A stretch of DNA of 52,336 nt from Devosia sp. GTDB taxonomy: Bacteria; Pseudomonadota; Alphaproteobacteria; Rhizobiales; Devosiaceae. Positions 29,342-37,325 of the stretch are shown here, piece after piece (within the stretch, counting starts at the first letter, position 1; each line of letters opens with the position of its first letter). The notes beneath the pieces were generated by a model. That model searched no databases and was not told the DNA's origin. It saw only the letters and a program-made list of their open reading frames with translations. The DNA lies in NCBI GenBank assembly GCA_041939225.1, contig JBGTUK010000001.1:1-52336 (forward strand), given 5' to 3'. A program made the position numbers and the translations under genes.

Positions 29342-30292
29342 CTACCGCCCAACCGTTTCGCGATAATGCCTAAGGACTTTTCCGGCATCGACGCCTGTGC
29401 AGACGGTCTGAACTGGCCGATTTGCCCAATCCGGATGCCCACCCTTGCGAGATTCAGGCATCTGAATAGTCTGGCCAACCGCCACCCCGTCACGCACCAC
29501 GAGAACCGGCCCCCGGCGGGTTTCGAACCATTCCGGATGAAGGGCATAGGTTACTGCCAACAGATCGTGCCCGACCACGCCGGAAAGTCCCATCATTTCC
29601 TTGTAAAAGCGGGCATAGTGCTCGCACATCTGGGCCAGGAGGGCGCCATTCTCGCCCACCTCGCGTGACAAGGTCTCAAGATAGGCGGTGTCCAGAATGA
29701 TGTCGTGGGTCACATCGAGCCCCACCACCACAACGGGCCAGTCCGCCGCAAAAATCTCGTCGGCGGCGACTGGATCGCCATGAATATTGGCTTCCGCCGC
29801 CGGCGTGATATTGCCGCTCCGACCCTGATAGCCAAATGCGCCGCCCATGATGACCACCTGCTTGGCCAGCTTGGCCACCTCAGGCTCGGCGCGCAGCGCC
29901 AGGGCCAGATTGGTCATGCGACCGACTGCGATGATGCTGATTTCGCCCGGATGGGCTTTGAGCATATCGATGATGAACTGGCTGGCGTCACCGGGCGCCA
30001 ACCCGTCTTCGTCCACCGGCGGAATTTCAATCTCGCCCAGCCCGTTGACGCCATGAACGATCACCGGCTCGGCCTTCTCGACCCCATCCAGCGTCTTGCC
30101 AGCCCCCTGCACCACCGGCGCAGACAACCCGAACCGCTCCTTGAGAAACAGGGCGTTACGTGTGGTTGTGGCCAGGTCGGCATTGCCAACCACAGTTGTG
30201 ATGCCCAGCAGGTCGATCTCCGGCAGCTTGCTCAGGTAAAGCAGCGCCATGGCATCGTCGATGCCGGGATCGGTATCAAAAATAACTTTCAT
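29342..30292 (-). CDS. Nucleoside hydrolase (IU-NH family)
   Basis: DTDPGIDD Ca-binding motif; HGVNGLG; AEANIHGDPVAA; GLDVT; HDLLA. Confidence 0.92.
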   Translation of the reverse strand: MKVIFDTDPGIDDAMALLYLSKLPEIDLLGITTVVGNADLATTTRNALFLKERFGLSAPVVQGAGKTLDGVEKAEPVIVHGVNGLGEIEIPPVDEDGLAPGDASQFIIDMLKAHPGEISIIAVGRMTNLALALRAEPEVAKLAKQVVIMGGAFGYQGRSGNITPAAEANIHGDPVAADEIFAADWPVVVVGLDVTHDIILDTAYLETLSREVGENGALLAQMCEHYARFYKEMMGLSGVVGHDLLAVTYALHPEWFETRRGPVLVVRDGVAVGQTIQMPESRKGGHPDWANRPVQTVCTGVDAGKVLRHYRETVGR

Positions 30293-30411
30293 CGTCTCGT
30301 TCGCTTTCGTGCCGGCCCCTTTGGATCCGGAATCCGGGATAGGCTATATCCCTTGTTATTCTTATGTATCGACCGTGCTCTAACATGAAGCGGGTTGACT
30401 ATCGATAGTTT

Positions 30412-30427
30412 TTGACCAAACGATCAA
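30412..30427. promoter_or_regulatory. RutR-like operator in the nucleoside hydrolase / fgd divergent region
   Basis: TTGACCAAACGATCAA flanked by T/A tracts; resembles the RutR box TTGACCAnnTGGTCAA; a TTGACT -35-like hexamer lies at 30395. Confidence 0.65.
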
Positions 30428-30458
30428 AAATCGATTGTCGCAGGTGGGAGGGACGACC

Positions 30459-31460
30459 ATGCGTTTCGGGTACAAGGCTTCAGCCGAACAGTTCGGACCC
30501 AACGATCTGCTCCGTTTTTCGATAGAGGCCGAGCAGGCAGGTTTTGACTCCGTCTTCGTCTCCGACCATTTCCAGCCCTGGAAACACACCGACGGGCACG
30601 CCCCCTTTGCGCCGGGCTGGATGTCCGCCGTGCTGGCCCGTACCGAAAAAATCACGCTTGGCACCTCCGTCCTCACCCCAACCTTTCGTCTGCATCCCAG
30701 CGTGGTAGCCCATGCCTTTGGCACTATGGGCGCCATGTTTCCTGGCCGCGTCATCCTTGGCGTCGGCACTGGCGAAGGGCTCAACGAGGTGCCCGCCACC
30801 GGAATGGCGTGGCCCGAACTCAAGGAGCGCTCGGCCCGGCTGCGCGAGGCGGTCAGGCTGATCCGCCAGCTCTGGTCAGAGGACCGGGTGAGCTTCGAGG
30901 GCGAATACTACAAGACCGTCAATGCCACAATTTATGACAAGCCGGCTGAGCCGGTGCCGATCTATATCGCCGCCGGCGGCCCGCTCAACGCCAAATATGC
31001 CGGCCTCGCCGGCGACGGCTTCATCTGCACCTCGGGCAAAGGCGCCGAACTCTATGTCGATCAGCTCCTGCCCAATGTGGCTGCCGGCCGGGCCGACAGC
31101 TCCCTCAAGGACAAGCCATTCGAGCGCATGATCGAGGTCAAGGTCTCGTTCGACACCGACGCCCAACGCGCCCTTGAGGACACCCGCAACTGGGCCGCCT
31201 TGTCGCTCTCCGCCGAAGAAAAGCATTCGGTCAAGGATTCAGAAGAGATGGAACGGCTGGCCGACGCGCTCCCCATCGAACGTGTCGCCAAGCGCTGGAT
31301 CGTTTCCTCCGACCCCGATGAGCACGTCGCGCAGATAAAGACCTATATCGACTACGGCTTCGACCATCTGGTGTTCCACGCCCCCGGCACCGACCAGAGC
31401 CGCTTCCTTGGGCTCTATGCGAAAGAGATTCTGCCAAGGCTTCGAAAGTTGGTCGGATGA
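30459..31460 (+). CDS. fgd: F420-dependent glucose-6-phosphate dehydrogenase
   Basis: [66 protein letters not shown] and HLVFHAPG, all characteristic of mycobacterial Fgd. Confidence 0.92.
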   Translation: MRFGYKASAEQFGPNDLLRFSIEAEQAGFDSVFVSDHFQPWKHTDGHAPFAPGWMSAVLARTEKITLGTSVLTPTFRLHPSVVAHAFGTMGAMFPGRVILGVGTGEGLNEVPATGMAWPELKERSARLREAVRLIRQLWSEDRVSFEGEYYKTVNATIYDKPAEPVPIYIAAGGPLNAKYAGLAGDGFICTSGKGAELYVDQLLPNVAAGRADSSLKDKPFERMIEVKVSFDTDAQRALEDTRNWAALSLSAEEKHSVKDSEEMERLADALPIERVAKRWIVSSDPDEHVAQIKTYIDYGFDHLVFHAPGTDQSRFLGLYAKEILPRLRKLVG

Positions 31461-32269
31461 CCCCACGCCTATCTGTCTGGGGCATCACCGGCATCCCCGA
31501 AATCTCCCCTAACGATAACCTCGTTGCGCTGATCGCCGAGGCGATCACGACACAGTCCAACGCCGACCCGGATTTGGCACTGCAATCGGGCGATATCCTC
31601 GTCGTCACCTCAAAGATCGTCTCCAAGGCTGAAGGCATGCAGGTGCCCGCGGCCGAACGCGAACAGGCCATCGCTGCCGACACGGTCCGGGTGGTGGCCG
31701 AACGCGTGCATCCCGGCGGCACCTTCCGCATTGTCGAGACTCGCCAGGGCCTGGTCATGGCCGCCGCTGGCATCGACATGTCCAATGTTCCCGAAGGCAC
31801 CGCCCTGCGCCTCCCCGCCGACCCGGACGCGTCCGCCCGTCGGCTCTGCGAGGGTTTGCGCGACAAGGTCGGACTGGAGATCGGCGTCGTGGTGACGGAC
31901 ACCATTGGCCGCGCCTGGCGTATTGGCCAGACCGACATGGCCATCGGCGCCGCCGGTGTGCAACTGACGGACGATCTGCGCGGTGCCAATGATGCCAATG
32001 GCCGGCCGTTGCATGTCACCCAGGCGGTCATTGTCGACGAGATCGCCGGCGCCGCCGATCTGGTCAAGGGCAAGACGACCGGAATACCCGTTGCCGTGGT
32101 GCGCGGGCTGGGCCGCTACGTTACCGATCTCGACTCGCCCGGCGCCCGTACCCTGAGCCGCACGGGTGATGACGACATGTTCCGCTTCGGGTCCGCCGAA
32201 GCCTATCGCCTTGGCTATGAAGCAGCCATGGCGGAAATGAACTCACGCAAAAAGCAGAAGCAGGACTGA
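31457..32269 (+). CDS. cofE: Coenzyme F420-0:L-glutamate ligase (stand-alone CofE)
   Basis: [16 protein letters not shown]; AAAGIDMSN; LPADPDASA; [12 protein letters not shown]; [13 protein letters not shown]. No C-terminal nitroreductase domain. ATGA overlap with fgd. Confidence 0.92.
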   Translation: MTPRLSVWGITGIPEISPNDNLVALIAEAITTQSNADPDLALQSGDILVVTSKIVSKAEGMQVPAAEREQAIAADTVRVVAERVHPGGTFRIVETRQGLVMAAAGIDMSNVPEGTALRLPADPDASARRLCEGLRDKVGLEIGVVVTDTIGRAWRIGQTDMAIGAAGVQLTDDLRGANDANGRPLHVTQAVIVDEIAGAADLVKGKTTGIPVAVVRGLGRYVTDLDSPGARTLSRTGDDDMFRFGSAEAYRLGYEAAMAEMNSRKKQKQD

Positions 32270-32271
32270 CC

Positions 32272-33210
32272 ATGCGTCACCTCGGCCGTCTTTCGTTCAT
32301 CTTGCCCCTCCTGGCCCTCCCCGCCCAGGCTAACGCCTATCCCGTGATCGTGGACAATTGCGGCCATACAATCACCTTTGACCAAGCGCCCGAACGGGTC
32401 GTCACCATCAAGTCAACGGCAACCGAAATGCTGCTTGCGCTTGGCCTTGGCGACCACATTGTCGGCGTCGGCTTCCAGGATGCCCCCCTGCCGCCGCATC
32501 TGGCCCTGGCCGGCGCGGGCCTACCAGTCCTCTCCGACAAATTGCCCAGCCAGGAAGTCGTGCTCGAGGTCGAACCCGACCTCATCTATGGCGGCTGGGA
32601 AAGCAATTTCGCCGCGGATGGCGCCGGTGAGCGCTCGACACTCGCAACGTTTGGCGTCGCCACCTATGTCGCCCCTGCCGCCTGTCGTTCGATCAAACCG
32701 GCCAAGCTGACATTCGACCATCTCTTTGACCAAATCGACGAATTGGGCACCATTTTCGAGGTAGGCGATGCGGCCGCTCGCCTCGTCGCCGATCAGCAGG
32801 CGCTCCTCAAAGCCATCACACCAGACACACGCGAACTGACCGCATTGTGGTATTCTTCCGGCACCAAGACCCCCTATGTGGGCGCTGGCAGCAACGCTCC
32901 GGCCATGATCATGGAGGCCCTTGGCCTGCAGAACATCTACGCCGAAATCGATGAAGGCTGGACCTCGGCTTCCTGGGAAGCCATCGTCGACGCCAATCCC
33001 GATGTTATCATTCTGGTCGACGCCGCCTGGAATTCAGCCGAGCAGAAGCGGACACTGCTGGCCGAAAATCCAATCACCAGCCAGCTCGACGCGGTCATCA
33101 ACCAGCGTTACCTGATCATTCCGTTTCCAGCCTCCGAGGCTGGAATCCGCAACGTCCCCGCGACCGTTGATATGGCCGCGCAACTGGCCAAGCTGACCTT
33201 TGGGGAATGA
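32272..33210 (+). CDS. Type III (iron-siderophore/cobalamin class) ABC substrate-binding protein, putative F420-0 binding protein
   Basis: YPVIVDNCGHTITFDQAPERVVTIKSTATEMLLALGL; GWESNF; starts 2 bp after cofE. Context matches the proposed F420-0 importer family (TIGR03868, from recall). Confidence 0.75.
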   Translation: MRHLGRLSFILPLLALPAQANAYPVIVDNCGHTITFDQAPERVVTIKSTATEMLLALGLGDHIVGVGFQDAPLPPHLALAGAGLPVLSDKLPSQEVVLEVEPDLIYGGWESNFAADGAGERSTLATFGVATYVAPAACRSIKPAKLTFDHLFDQIDELGTIFEVGDAAARLVADQQALLKAITPDTRELTALWYSSGTKTPYVGAGSNAPAMIMEALGLQNIYAEIDEGWTSASWEAIVDANPDVIILVDAAWNSAEQKRTLLAENPITSQLDAVINQRYLIIPFPASEAGIRNVPATVDMAAQLAKLTFGE

Positions 33211-34217
33211 CGATCACGCATCGTCTCTCCCTGCCGGCCCTTACCGTCCTCCTTGTCGTCAGCGCTATCGCTGCGGTCACCTTCGGGCCGGCAGATATCA
33301 CCCCTGGGGAAGTCTGGTCGGTCATCGCACACCATCTCGGTCTTCTCCCAGAAAGTCCGGTTTCGCGACTGCGCGATGCGATCGTCTGGGAACTGCGCTT
33401 ACCGCGCGTGTTGACCGCTCTCGGGGTCGGCGCCGGCCTGGCGGTCTCCGGCGCCGTGATGCAGGCGTTGACCCGAAATCCGCTCGCCGATCCCTATCTC
33501 CTGGGCCTGTCCTCCGGCGCAGCACTGGGGGCCGTGCTTTTCCTGTTGCTAGGCTTCACCCTCCTTATGCCGCTCGGCGCCTTTCTCGGCAGTCTGGGCG
33601 CGCTGGCGCTTGCCCTGCTCATCGCCCAACTCCTGGGAGGCGCCACCCCAAGCCGGGCCATCCTCGCCGGTATCAGCATCGCAGCCCTGGCCTCAGCCGC
33701 CACCTCCTTTCTTATCTTCTGGTCGGCGACAGGCGATAGCTATCGCGAAATCCTGAGCTGGTTGATGGGCACGCTCTCGGGCTCGACATGGTCGGATGCG
33801 GCCCTGGTCCATCTTGCGCTGGTCGCGTGTCTGCCGATCATCCTGGTCAGTGGCCGGGCGCTCGATGCCTTTGCTTTTGGTGACACCGCCGCCGCCAGCC
33901 TGGGGATAGACGTGCCTCGCCTGCGCTGGACCTTGCTGGGGGCGACGGCGCTGCTGACCGGCATCATGGTGGCAATTGGCGGCGCCATTGGCTTTGTCGG
34001 TTTGGTTGTGCCGCATGCCGTGCGCTTGGCGGTCGGCTCGGCGCATCGCAAACTGCTGCCCCATGCAATGCTGGCCGGCGCCATCTTCATGCTCTGGACC
34101 GACACGGCCGCGCGTACCCTGTTCGATCCGCGCGAATTGCCCGTCGGCATTATCACGGCCCTGATCGGCGCACCGGTTTTCCTGGCCATTCTCCTGCGCT
34201 ACCGGAGGATCACATGA
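33207..34217 (+). CDS. FecCD/BtuC-type ABC permease, putative F420-0 importer
   Basis: LRLPRVL, RNPLADPYLLGLSSGA, GAIGFVGLVVPH and ELPVGIITALIGAP; ATGA overlap. Confidence 0.85.
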   Translation: MTITHRLSLPALTVLLVVSAIAAVTFGPADITPGEVWSVIAHHLGLLPESPVSRLRDAIVWELRLPRVLTALGVGAGLAVSGAVMQALTRNPLADPYLLGLSSGAALGAVLFLLLGFTLLMPLGAFLGSLGALALALLIAQLLGGATPSRAILAGISIAALASAATSFLIFWSATGDSYREILSWLMGTLSGSTWSDAALVHLALVACLPIILVSGRALDAFAFGDTAAASLGIDVPRLRWTLLGATALLTGIMVAIGGAIGFVGLVVPHAVRLAVGSAHRKLLPHAMLAGAIFMLWTDTAARTLFDPRELPVGIITALIGAPVFLAILLRYRRIT

Positions 34218-35017
34218 CCCTCTCGGTTGCCGGGCTGTCGGTCGCAAAATCCGGCACGCCAATCCTGACTGATGTGAGCTTCTCGGCTCCGGCAGGCCGC
34301 ATTACCGGGCTGATCGGGCCCAACGGCGCCGGCAAATCCACCCTATTAGCCGCCCTGCTCGGCCTCTTGCAGGGTGAGGGCACCGTTCGCTTCGAGGGCC
34401 ACGACCTGCCCAACATGCGCCGGCGCGATCGGGCACAGCTCCTGGCCATCGTCGAACAGTCCGCTGCCACCGAGGAGCGCCTGAGCGTGCGCGATGTCGT
34501 GGCTCTGGGCCGCATCCCCTACGAGGCGGCATGGCAATCCGAACCCAGTCCATGCGATCAGGCCATCATCGCCCAAGCGTTGGCGGACACCGGCACCACA
34601 GGTTTTGCCGCCAGACGGTTCACCACCCTGTCCGGCGGCGAACAACAGCGCGTGCATGTTGCGCGAGCGCTAGCCCAGCAGCCGCACCTGCTGCTACTCG
34701 ACGAGCCGACCAGCCACCTCGACATTCGTGCCCAGCTTCAGCTTCTCGCACTGCTTCGGCAAAAAGCCGCTGCGGGAATGAGCATATTAGTGGTCCTGCA
34801 TGATCTCAATCTGGCGGCCCGCTTCTGCGACCACCTGGTCGTGCTGGCAAATGGCCGAACGGCTGCCGAGGGGGCACCTACCGATATCCTGACCCCCGAA
34901 CTGCTGCGTACGGTCTATGGCGTCGCCGCCAGGCTGGTCCCCGACAGCGCCAAGGGCCATCCCTTGATCGTCCTTGACGAAGCGATCGCGGAAGACCACT
35001 GGCAATTAACCGATTGA
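34214..35017 (+). CDS. FepC/BtuD-type ABC ATP-binding protein, putative F420-0 importer
   Basis: GPNGAGKST; LSGGEQQRV; LLLDEPTSHLD; LHDLNLA; ATGA overlap. Confidence 0.88.
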   Translation: MTLSVAGLSVAKSGTPILTDVSFSAPAGRITGLIGPNGAGKSTLLAALLGLLQGEGTVRFEGHDLPNMRRRDRAQLLAIVEQSAATEERLSVRDVVALGRIPYEAAWQSEPSPCDQAIIAQALADTGTTGFAARRFTTLSGGEQQRVHVARALAQQPHLLLLDEPTSHLDIRAQLQLLALLRQKAAAGMSILVVLHDLNLAARFCDHLVVLANGRTAAEGAPTDILTPELLRTVYGVAARLVPDSAKGHPLIVLDEAIAEDHWQLTD

Positions 35018-35063
35018 CAATCGTGCCTCAGCCACTCAAAAATTTGATCGACTGGTCAAATTT
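35014..35063 (+). promoter_or_regulatory. Sigma70-type promoter with an adjacent RutR-like operator upstream of the LLM gene
   Basis: TTGACA at 35014. AAATTTGATCGACTGGTCAAATTT at 35040-35063; its core reverse-complements to TTGACCAGTCGATCAA, same arms as the site at 30412. Confidence 0.7.
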
Positions 35064-35092
35064 CCAGATCTACGGGAGCGCAGAGGGACACA

Positions 35093-36094
35093 ATGGAATT
35101 CGGCATCACCTTCAAGGGCTTTATCGAGCATGAGCGGGCCCGCTATCTGGTTCGCGCCGCCGAATATGCCGGCTTCTCTTATTGTTGGTTCTATGACAGC
35201 CACATTCTCTGGCGCGATTGCTACGCCGCCATTGCTATGTGCATGGAACACACCACCGACATGCGTTTCGGTCCGCTGGTCACCAATCCCGATGTGCGCG
35301 ACTGGTCGGTTGCCGCCTCGATCTTCGGCTCGCTTTCCAAGCAATCCGGCGGTCGCTTCGATCTCGCCGTGGGCCGTGGCGACTCATCCATGCGCGTCAT
35401 GGGTAAAAAGCCTGCAACCCTCAAGCGCGTCGCCGAATTCATCGACAAGACTAAAGCCATGGTGCGCGGCGAGGAAGTCACCTATGGCGAAATTCCCGCG
35501 GCGGTGAAATTTCCCTGGGCAGTCGGCCACGACATGCCGAGCTGGATCGCCGCCTACGGCCCGCTGGCCCTGAAAACCGCGGGCCAGCACGCCGAGGGTG
35601 TCGTGTTGCAGATTGCCGATCCGGGGCTTTGCAAATGGTTCACCGACCAATGCATCGATGCTGGCAAGGAAGCCGGCAAGGACATGTCCGGCTTCCGCTC
35701 CATGGCTGCCGCGCCGGCCTATTTCGGCGACAAGAAACGCGCCATTGAACATGTGAAATGGTTCCCGGCCATGGTTGGCAACCATGTCGCAGACATTGTC
35801 GAGAAGTACGGCGCCGATAGCGACAAGGTGCCATCAAGCCTGACCAGCTATATCGAAAAGCGCCGTGGCTACGACTACTCCAAGCATGGCCAGGCCGATA
35901 ATCCCTATCTCGATTTCATCACCGACGATGTGGTGGAAAGCTTCTGCGTGCTCGGCGAACCTGAGGATCACATCAAGAAGTTGCACGAGCTGGAGGCGGC
36001 GGGTGTCACCCAGTTCAACATCTATCTCGACAGTGGCGATGAGGAAGAGATCATCGCTAATTACGGAAGGCACGTCATTCCCGCCTTCCGCTGA
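35093..36094 (+). CDS. Luciferase-like (LLM) Mer-related, putative F420-dependent oxidoreductase (CPS_4043/TIGR03842-like family)
   Basis: WFYDSHILW, GPLVTNP.VRDWSVAAS, GRGDSS, AAYGPLAL, WFPAMVGNHVADIV, GYDYSKHG and GVTQFNIYL match this family from recall. Confidence 0.8.
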   Translation: MEFGITFKGFIEHERARYLVRAAEYAGFSYCWFYDSHILWRDCYAAIAMCMEHTTDMRFGPLVTNPDVRDWSVAASIFGSLSKQSGGRFDLAVGRGDSSMRVMGKKPATLKRVAEFIDKTKAMVRGEEVTYGEIPAAVKFPWAVGHDMPSWIAAYGPLALKTAGQHAEGVVLQIADPGLCKWFTDQCIDAGKEAGKDMSGFRSMAAAPAYFGDKKRAIEHVKWFPAMVGNHVADIVEKYGADSDKVPSSLTSYIEKRRGYDYSKHGQADNPYLDFITDDVVESFCVLGEPEDHIKKLHELEAAGVTQFNIYLDSGDEEEIIANYGRHVIPAFR

Positions 36095-36099
36095 AGTCT

Positions 36100-36135
36100 A
36101 AAAGGGCGCGCCGCACGGTGCGCCCTTTTTGTTTT
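36100..36135 (+). terminator. Intrinsic terminator
   Basis: AAAAGGGCGCGCCG-ca-CGGTGCGCCCTTTTTGTTTT directly after the LLM stop. Confidence 0.8.
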
Positions 36136-36273
36136 GGCATCAACGCCTTGTCGCGACCTTGGAAGCGCGAACAATTGGGGAATGATGCCGAGACCACTTC
36201 CACAATCCTCTCTGCGACGGCTAGATGACACCAGGGAGGCGACGACCAACAATCAAGCAAACGGGGAACGAAA

Positions 36274-37260
36274 ATGGGAACTCTCAATCGCCGCACTCTG
36301 ATCGCGGCACTCGGGCTGACCACCGCGCTCAGCCTCACCGGCGCCTCCTTGGCGCAGGACACGCCCAAGGTTGCTGCTATCTGGACCGTACCGGTCGAAC
36401 AGCAATGGGCAAGCCGCCTGCATAATGCGCTGGTCGCCGCCGAAGAGGCCGGCGAGATCGACTATGTCTACTCGGAAAACATCACCAATACCGACTATGA
36501 GCGCGTCATGCGCGAATATGCCGAACAGGGCATCGCCCTGATGGTCGGCGAGGCTTTCGGTGTCGAGCAGCCTGCCCGTACCGTGGCCGCAGACTATCCC
36601 GAAATCAGCTTCCTCATGGGGTCGTCCCTGCCGCCGGTCGAACCGAACTTCGCCACCTTCGACAATTTCATCCACGAGCCCAGCTATCTCACCGGCATCA
36701 TCGCCGGCATGAAGACCGAAACCGACCAGATCGGCATGGTGGGCGGGTATGCCATTCCTGAAGTGAACCGGCTGATGCACGCCTTCATGGCCGGCGCGCT
36801 CTCCGTCAATCCGGACGTGACTTTCTCAGTCAGCTTCATCAACTCCTGGTATGATCCGCCCAAGGCCAAGGAAACCGCCTTTGCCATGGTCGATGCTGGC
36901 GCCGACATCCTCTACGCCGAACGCTTCGGGGTGTCCGACGCCGCCAAGGAGCGTGGCATCTTCGCTATCGGCAATGTCATCGACACCGCCGCCGACTATC
37001 CAGGCACCATTCTCGCCTCTGCCCTCTGGCATGGCGAACCGATGATCAATCAAGCTATCGCCGATGTGAAGGCGGGCACCTTCGAGGCCAAGGACTACGG
37101 CGTCTATGCCTTCATGGAATATGGCGGCTCGTCCATGGTGGTCGATGAGGAACTGGCCGGCTCCGAAGCTGTGGAAGCGGCAAAGGCCGTCGAAGCCTCC
37201 ATTCTCGATGGCTCATTCGTGGTCGAAATCAACGACAGTGAACCGACCTCGACGCAGTAA
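36274..37260 (+). CDS. BMP family ABC substrate-binding protein (nucleoside/nucleobase)
   Basis: N-terminal NRRTL signal (possibly Tat-like); IHEPSYLTGIIAG; GMVGGYAIPEV; FINSWYDPPKAKE; GADILY. Confidence 0.88.
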   Translation: MGTLNRRTLIAALGLTTALSLTGASLAQDTPKVAAIWTVPVEQQWASRLHNALVAAEEAGEIDYVYSENITNTDYERVMREYAEQGIALMVGEAFGVEQPARTVAADYPEISFLMGSSLPPVEPNFATFDNFIHEPSYLTGIIAGMKTETDQIGMVGGYAIPEVNRLMHAFMAGALSVNPDVTFSVSFINSWYDPPKAKETAFAMVDAGADILYAERFGVSDAAKERGIFAIGNVIDTAADYPGTILASALWHGEPMINQAIADVKAGTFEAKDYGVYAFMEYGGSSMVVDEELAGSEAVEAAKAVEASILDGSFVVEINDSEPTSTQ

Positions 37261-37263
37261 GTG

Positions 37264-37299
37264 CCCCCTCACCGAGCCTCCCCCTCAAACAGGGGGAGG
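37264..37299 (-). repeat. Small palindromic (REP-like) repeat, copy 3, inverted
   Basis: CCCCCTCACCGAGCCTCCCCCTCAAACAGGGGGAGG: same CCTCCCCCT/AGGGGGAGG stem with the tail on the opposite side. Confidence 0.6.
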
Positions 37300-37325
37300 A
37301 TAGGAGGTAAACGAAGCAGGACACC

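Noticed and set aside
36136-36273. Leader of the BMP operon considered as a purine-type riboswitch
   Set aside because: No conserved aptamer core recognisable by eye; an Rfam/Infernal scan would be needed.
22676-37299. Palindromic repeats considered as CRISPR repeats or IS ends
   Set aside because: Only three dispersed copies, no regular spacers, and no cas or transposase gene in the window.
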